Positions 59,568 through 64,000 of a stretch of 64,000 bases of DNA are shown here, piece by piece (position 1 is the stretch's first letter; each line of letters starts with the position of its first letter). A program made the translations under genes and the position numbers. This stretch comes from an uncultured Planctomycetia bacterium. Lineage in GTDB: Bacteria > Planctomycetota > Planctomycetia > Pirellulales > Pirellulaceae. Location of the stretch: assembly GCA_963793465.1 (NCBI GenBank), contig CAWCAJ010000007.1:177282-241281 (forward strand), read 5' to 3'. The notes beneath the pieces were generated by a model. That model was given only the letters and a program-made list of their open reading frames with translations. It did no database searches and was not told the DNA's origin.

Positions 59568-59859
59568 AGTAATCCTCCGGTCGCTGCACGAACAAACGCA
59601 ACAGCTTGCCAAGGAAAACCACGCCTACAAAGGCCACAAATCCGATCACCGCCTGGTATCCAAACACGTTTTCGATGCCGAAATGGGCTGGATGGTGTTG
59701 ATCAAAAAAGGGATGAAAGAAAACACAAACCAATTCAGCGGCCAGGGATGCCAGGCAGGCCGCCGCCACCAAACCAATCAACATGGGTACCTGCCGCGCA
59801 ATCCATCCTGGCTCGGCGTCGGAGTTGCCGTGAACGTGTTTCCCGGGTTCGTGGGTCAT
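59557..59859 (-). CDS. small 2-TM membrane protein within the Mrp-like cluster
   Basis: 100 aa from the ATG at 59859. Overlaps the downstream gene start by 11 nt. No motif recognised. Confidence 0.45.
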   Translation of the reverse strand: MTHEPGKHVHGNSDAEPGWIARQVPMLIGLVAAACLASLAAELVCVFFHPFFDQHHPAHFGIENVFGYQAVIGFVAFVGVVFLGKLLRLFVQRPEDYYDR

Positions 59860-59959
59860 CTGCAGACTCGGTCGCTTGCTCTGTAAGTGTGGGGCGTCAA
59901 TTCGTTCATGCGGTTCAGGTATCCAGTGCGGTCCAGGCCAGCATGGCTGGCACCGGACT

Positions 59960-61450
59960 CTAGCCGTTTGGCGTGATGGGCAGCCGCGTGATGGGCAGCA
60001 GCCATTCGTAAATCTGGTTGGCAAAAAAGAACAGGGCGACACTACCGATCGCTGTCAGGCAAAGCGGCAGCAGACACATCCAGGGCGCCTCCTTCAGCGG
60101 CAACGGGTCCTGTCCCGGGGGTGTCATGAATCCGCGTATCGATATCGGGATCAGGTAGGCGATGTTCAGTAGAGAGCTAATCATCAAGGCAGCCATCAAC
60201 CACCCCTTGCCCGTTTCCGCGGTCCCCAAAGCCAGGAACCACTTGCTCCAGGCTCCTCCGCCAGGTGGCAACCCAATGATACTGAGCGAAGCGATCAAGA
60301 ACGCGGCAAAGGTCAAAGGCATGGCCCGCCCCAAGCCTCGCATACTGCTGATTTCGGTTTTATGGGCGGCCACGTAGATCGCTCCGGCGCAGAAAAACAA
60401 AGTGATCTTGCCGACCGCGTGCATCACAATGTGCATGCCGCCCCCCACCACGCTGGCCGGTGTCGCCAACGCGGCTCCCAACGTGATATAGGCCAACTGA
60501 CTGACCGTGGAATAGGCCAGTCGGGCTTTCAGATTGTCCTTGGTCATGGCTACCAGCGAGGCCAACAGGATGGTGCCGCCAGCCACGTAACACAGCCAAT
60601 CGCTGATCCCCGTGTGCGTCATCAGGTCGATTCCAAAGATGTAGACGGCCACTTTCAGGATCGAAAACACGCCCACCTTGACCACCGCCACGGCATGCAG
60701 CAGTGCGCTGACGGGGGTCGGAGCCACCATGGCTGCTGGCAGCCAACGATGGAATGGCATCAATGCAGCCTTGCCAATCCCGAAAGCGAAAAGACCCAAC
60801 AGCAATCCCAGTTGGATCTCGTTAATCTTTCCTTCGGCGTGGGGTAACCCGAGAATCCCCCCCAACTGAAAGTCCAGCGTGCCGCACGTATTCCAGGTCC
60901 AGGCGATGGCCAGCATGAACAGGGCCACCGACGTGGAAAGCAGTATACCCAGGTAGACACGCCCTCCCCGCCTGGCTTTCTCGTCGCCATGGTGGGTCAC
61001 CAGCGGGTAGGTAGAAATCGTCATTACTTCATAGGCCACAAACAATGTGAACAGATTCGCGGCATAGGCCGCCGCCATGGCGGCAAAGATGGCGATCGCA
61101 AAGCAGGCAAAAAACCTGGTTTGATGTTTCTCGTGATGCCCACGCATGTAGCCCACCGCGTAAACCGTGGTCACAATCCACAAACCGGAAGCCACCAGGG
61201 CAAACAGCATCCCCAGTGGCTCGACCTCAAAGGCAATCTGGAAGCCTGGTATCATCTCCCCCAGCGACCAACGCGGCCGCAGGCCAGCAAAGACCTGAGC
61301 GGCCAATTGGCACGTCACGTAGAACAGGATCGCTGACACGATCAGGGTACAGGATTCCCGCAAATTCGGGCGTTGGCCCGTCAGTCCGATCAAGGCCATC
61401 GCCAACAGCGGCAATCCCACACCCAGTTGGATCATCACCTCCGGATTCAT
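59960..61450 (-). CDS. mnhD: monovalent cation/H+ antiporter subunit D family protein (NuoN-like)
   Basis: 496 aa from the ATG at 61450 (ATGA overlap with the upstream gene). Polytopic with FVAYEVMTISTYPLV, typical of this family. Confidence 0.85.
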   Translation of the reverse strand: MNPEVMIQLGVGLPLLAMALIGLTGQRPNLRESCTLIVSAILFYVTCQLAAQVFAGLRPRWSLGEMIPGFQIAFEVEPLGMLFALVASGLWIVTTVYAVGYMRGHHEKHQTRFFACFAIAIFAAMAAAYAANLFTLFVAYEVMTISTYPLVTHHGDEKARRGGRVYLGILLSTSVALFMLAIAWTWNTCGTLDFQLGGILGLPHAEGKINEIQLGLLLGLFAFGIGKAALMPFHRWLPAAMVAPTPVSALLHAVAVVKVGVFSILKVAVYIFGIDLMTHTGISDWLCYVAGGTILLASLVAMTKDNLKARLAYSTVSQLAYITLGAALATPASVVGGGMHIVMHAVGKITLFFCAGAIYVAAHKTEISSMRGLGRAMPLTFAAFLIASLSIIGLPPGGGAWSKWFLALGTAETGKGWLMAALMISSLLNIAYLIPISIRGFMTPPGQDPLPLKEAPWMCLLPLCLTAIGSVALFFFANQIYEWLLPITRLPITPNG

Positions 61451-62958
61451 GGTGAACCTCCCAGCAGTTCGCTGGCCGTCAAGGCGGCAATCCCCGCTGA
61501 GTACTCGGTCCATACACCAAACAGGAAACTGGCCCCGATGACCAGGTAGGTTATCAACAGCATCCAGAAGGGGGCTTCACTGGCCTGCCGAGCCTGCTCG
61601 GAGGGCTCGGCAAAGTACAGCGTTTCCACGACTCGCCAGACGTAGGCCAGAGCCAACAGCGAACTCAACAGCATCAAAATGGCAACCCACCACCAGTTTT
61701 CGGAATCCAATGCCGCGGTCAACAGCAACCATTTACTGACGAAGCCTGCGGTTAGCGGAATTCCGATCAAACCAAGTCCACCCAACACCCAGGCGAAAGC
61801 AGTCCAGGGCATGGTTCGGCCGGCGCCTCGCAAGTCGTCGATGCGGGCCGATCCGATCCGCAAAATGAAGCAGCCGACGACCATGAACAAACCGCCCTTG
61901 ATCAACGCGTGATTGAACATGTGCAGGATGCCCGCCGTCAGCCCGGCAGGGGTGGCCAGGCTGATTCCCAGCAGCATGTAGCCAATCTGTGCGATGCTGG
62001 AATAGGCCAATAGCCTCTTGATATTGCCCTGGTAGATCGCGGCCAGCGAGGCTGCGAAGATTCCCGTCAGCGAAAAGGCCATCAGTGCGATGTCCAGCGG
62101 CAGAATTTCAAATGCAAAACGCGGGGTGAAGATCTGGAACACGACCCGAATGAAGACGTAAACGGAAACCTTCGTGGCCGTGGCCGCGATAAAACAGGTG
62201 ACCACCGAGGGTGCATAGGCATAAGCATTGGGTAACCAGGAATGCAGTGGAAACACGGCCATCTTGATACAGAGCCCCACCGTCATGAAGGCAAAGGCCA
62301 CCAGCATCGTCCGCGACCCGACCCACGTACCACCGCCATCCACTTCCCGCACCTGTTCCAGCTGGGACGCCATGTCAGCCATGTTCAGCGTTCCCGTCAT
62401 TTGATAGAGCAGGCCAATTCCGATCAGAATGAATGTGGCCCCAATCGTGCCCATGATCAGGTATTGAAAGGCCGCCAGGGGAGCCCGTCGGGTTTTTCCC
62501 AGACTGATCATGGCGTACGTCGAGAGCGAGGAAATCTCCAGGAACACAAAGACGTTGAACAGGTCTCCCGTGATGCAGATGCCCAGCAAACCCGTCAGGC
62601 ACAGCAGAAACGTGGCGTAAAACAGGTACTGCTTCGATTCCGGGATTTCATCGTTGATGCTGATCGGTGAATAGGTGATCACCAGGGCTCCCAGCCCAGC
62701 CACAAACAACATCACGAAAGCACTCAAATGATCGACCACATATTCGATTCCATAGGGAGCTTTCCAACCCCCCAAATCGTAGGAAATGGGCCCCTCTGCC
62801 AGCACTTTGGCCATCAGCCAGACGGAAATCCCGAACGTCACCCAGCAGACGACCATGGTCAAAAATTGAGCCAAACGGCGACCGCCCAGCAGCACACACA
62901 ACGGCGCCGTTATCAGCGGAAAGATGATCAGCAGAATCGGTAATTGGGCTTCGATCAC
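61447..62958 (-). CDS. mnhD: monovalent cation/H+ antiporter subunit D family protein (NuoN-like)
   Basis: 503 aa, GTG start overlapping the mnhC stop. FVFLEISSLSTYAMI and other family features. Confidence 0.85.
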   Translation of the reverse strand: MIEAQLPILLIIFPLITAPLCVLLGGRRLAQFLTMVVCWVTFGISVWLMAKVLAEGPISYDLGGWKAPYGIEYVVDHLSAFVMLFVAGLGALVITYSPISINDEIPESKQYLFYATFLLCLTGLLGICITGDLFNVFVFLEISSLSTYAMISLGKTRRAPLAAFQYLIMGTIGATFILIGIGLLYQMTGTLNMADMASQLEQVREVDGGGTWVGSRTMLVAFAFMTVGLCIKMAVFPLHSWLPNAYAYAPSVVTCFIAATATKVSVYVFIRVVFQIFTPRFAFEILPLDIALMAFSLTGIFAASLAAIYQGNIKRLLAYSSIAQIGYMLLGISLATPAGLTAGILHMFNHALIKGGLFMVVGCFILRIGSARIDDLRGAGRTMPWTAFAWVLGGLGLIGIPLTAGFVSKWLLLTAALDSENWWWVAILMLLSSLLALAYVWRVVETLYFAEPSEQARQASEAPFWMLLITYLVIGASFLFGVWTEYSAGIAALTASELLGGSP

Positions 62959-63473
62959 GATTGCCGTTCCAGCTCCAGAATTTCATCTTCTTCGATGGTG
63001 CCGTAGTCCTCCCGAATTCGCACGATCAAGGCCAGGGCCAGCGCAGTGGTGGCAATCCCTACCACGATTGCGGTCAGCATCAACACGCTGGGCAACGGGT
63101 TGGAATACAGGATCTCGCCGGCCGCGGGTGGATGAGTCGCGGCCAGGTTCGTTAGTTCGGCTGCCTCCGTCAGGCTTTCAGGCGTGGCAGCGACATGATT
63201 CACTACATGCTCTGTAGGCTGATCATGATGGGTCGCCGGTTCTACAGCATCGGGACGCACAATCGGTGCGGTGCCGTCGCGGACTTTGCCCATGGTGATG
63301 TAAAGCAGGAAGACCGAGGTTTGAAAGATATTCAAACCGATCACCGTTTTCACCATGTTTTTGCGAGCGATCACAATATAGAAACCCGTCATCATCAGGA
63401 AGATGACGATCCAGTAATTGTAAAGCCCCAGGACCTGCTCTGAGGTAAGGGCCAGGAAATGAAGGTCACTCAT
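62955..63473 (-). CDS. mnhC: Na+/H+ antiporter subunit C (NuoK-like) with an inserted hydrophilic loop
   Basis: TM1-TM2 (IVIFLMMTGFYIVIARKNMVKTVIGLNIFQTSVFLLYI) and a last TM (LPSVLMLTAIVVGIATTALALALIV) match MnhC/NuoK. About 55 extra residues lie between them. Confidence 0.75.
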   Translation of the reverse strand: MSDLHFLALTSEQVLGLYNYWIVIFLMMTGFYIVIARKNMVKTVIGLNIFQTSVFLLYITMGKVRDGTAPIVRPDAVEPATHHDQPTEHVVNHVAATPESLTEAAELTNLAATHPPAAGEILYSNPLPSVLMLTAIVVGIATTALALALIVRIREDYGTIEEDEILELERQS

Positions 63474-63945
63474 TCGTCTGTGCTCGTCCGGCAAACAGGT
63501 AAAAAATCGTTGTCATCACCGCCGTCACCGTGATCCCCACACCTACCTCGACCAGGAAAATACCCAGATGTTGCCCGGATGGCAGGAAATGGAGCGGGTG
63601 CGACCACAACGGAGGCAGGGCCGGCAATTCCGTCAGAAAGTGGTGTTCCAGGGCATCGTAGTCCAGGAAATTCTCACCCAGCAACATGGTGGCCACACCG
63701 GTGCCGGCATAGATCAGTACGCCCAAAGCGATCAGCTTTTCTACCAACCATGTCGGTGCCACACGTTGTACGGCGGGCAAGCCGAATACCATGCCGTAAA
63801 GGATCAAGCCGGATGCCAGGATGACGCCCGCCTGAAACCCACCACCAGGCCCGAAATCACCGTGGAATTGCACATAAAATGCAAACAGCAGGATGTAGGG
63901 GATGATCAGTTTGGAAACGACGCGGATGATGGGAAAGGACTTCAA
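63466..63945 (-). CDS. mnhB: Na+/H+ antiporter subunit B (MnhB domain)
   Basis: IIPYILLFAFYVQFHGDFGPGGGFQAGVILASG is the MnhB signature. TTG start at 63945, overlapping the upstream stop. Confidence 0.75.
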   Translation of the reverse strand: MKSFPIIRVVSKLIIPYILLFAFYVQFHGDFGPGGGFQAGVILASGLILYGMVFGLPAVQRVAPTWLVEKLIALGVLIYAGTGVATMLLGENFLDYDALEHHFLTELPALPPLWSHPLHFLPSGQHLGIFLVEVGVGITVTAVMTTIFYLFAGRAQTNE

Positions 63946-64000
63946 GCTGCATCCTCCCGCACCAGGGATGTCGCAGCAGTCGATCGGTCACGGCGGAGAA
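63942..64000 (-). CDS. 3' end of an upstream gene of the Mrp-like operon (partial)
   Basis: An open frame runs to the window edge and ends at a TGA (63942-63944) that overlaps the TTG start of mnhB. Identity is not determinable from 19 codons. Confidence 0.3.
   Translation of the reverse strand, partial: LRRDRSTAATSLVREDAA

Overview
GC-rich bacterial chromosomal window, gene-dense, with no rRNA, tRNA, CRISPR array, transposase or integrase that I could recognise. The gene content points to a Planctomycetota-type genome. It has DUF1592-family (PSD/PSCyt) and DUF1552 pairs, many Tat- or lipobox-exported hypothetical proteins, and an alternative complex III (actABC-DE-F) operon fused to a SCO1 plus caa3-type cytochrome c oxidase operon (about 25.1-39.9 kb, minus strand). 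Other confident calls are metG, trkH, a rarA homologue, a Nif3-like protein, a HIT protein, an AAG-type DNA glycosylase, a GntR-ABC operon with a giant permease, a RegB/RegA-like redox two-component system, a fatty-acid desaturase, and an Mrp-like antiporter cluster with three NuoN/MnhD-like subunits (57.8-64.0 kb). Most of the window is ordinary core metabolism. Four things deserve a second look. (1) At least five conserved genes have broken reading frames, and three of them are repaired by adding one base to a homopolymer run. This suggests consensus errors, or alternatively real decay. (2) Short tandem direct duplications with periods of 15-22 bp recur in intergenic DNA. (3) An uncharacterised periplasmic module (LTXXQ-like lipoprotein, CxxCH DUF1592-family protein, Tat-DUF1552, Tat-ankyrin) is partly duplicated 6 kb away. 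(4) Several lineage-specific oddities are present: a YkuD domain with Ser in place of the catalytic Cys, a Cys/Gly-rich lipoprotein, a BshC-like protein next to a GT2, and His/Asp-rich tracts in respiratory subunits. All calls rest on motif recognition by eye in the supplied translations. No database search was run.
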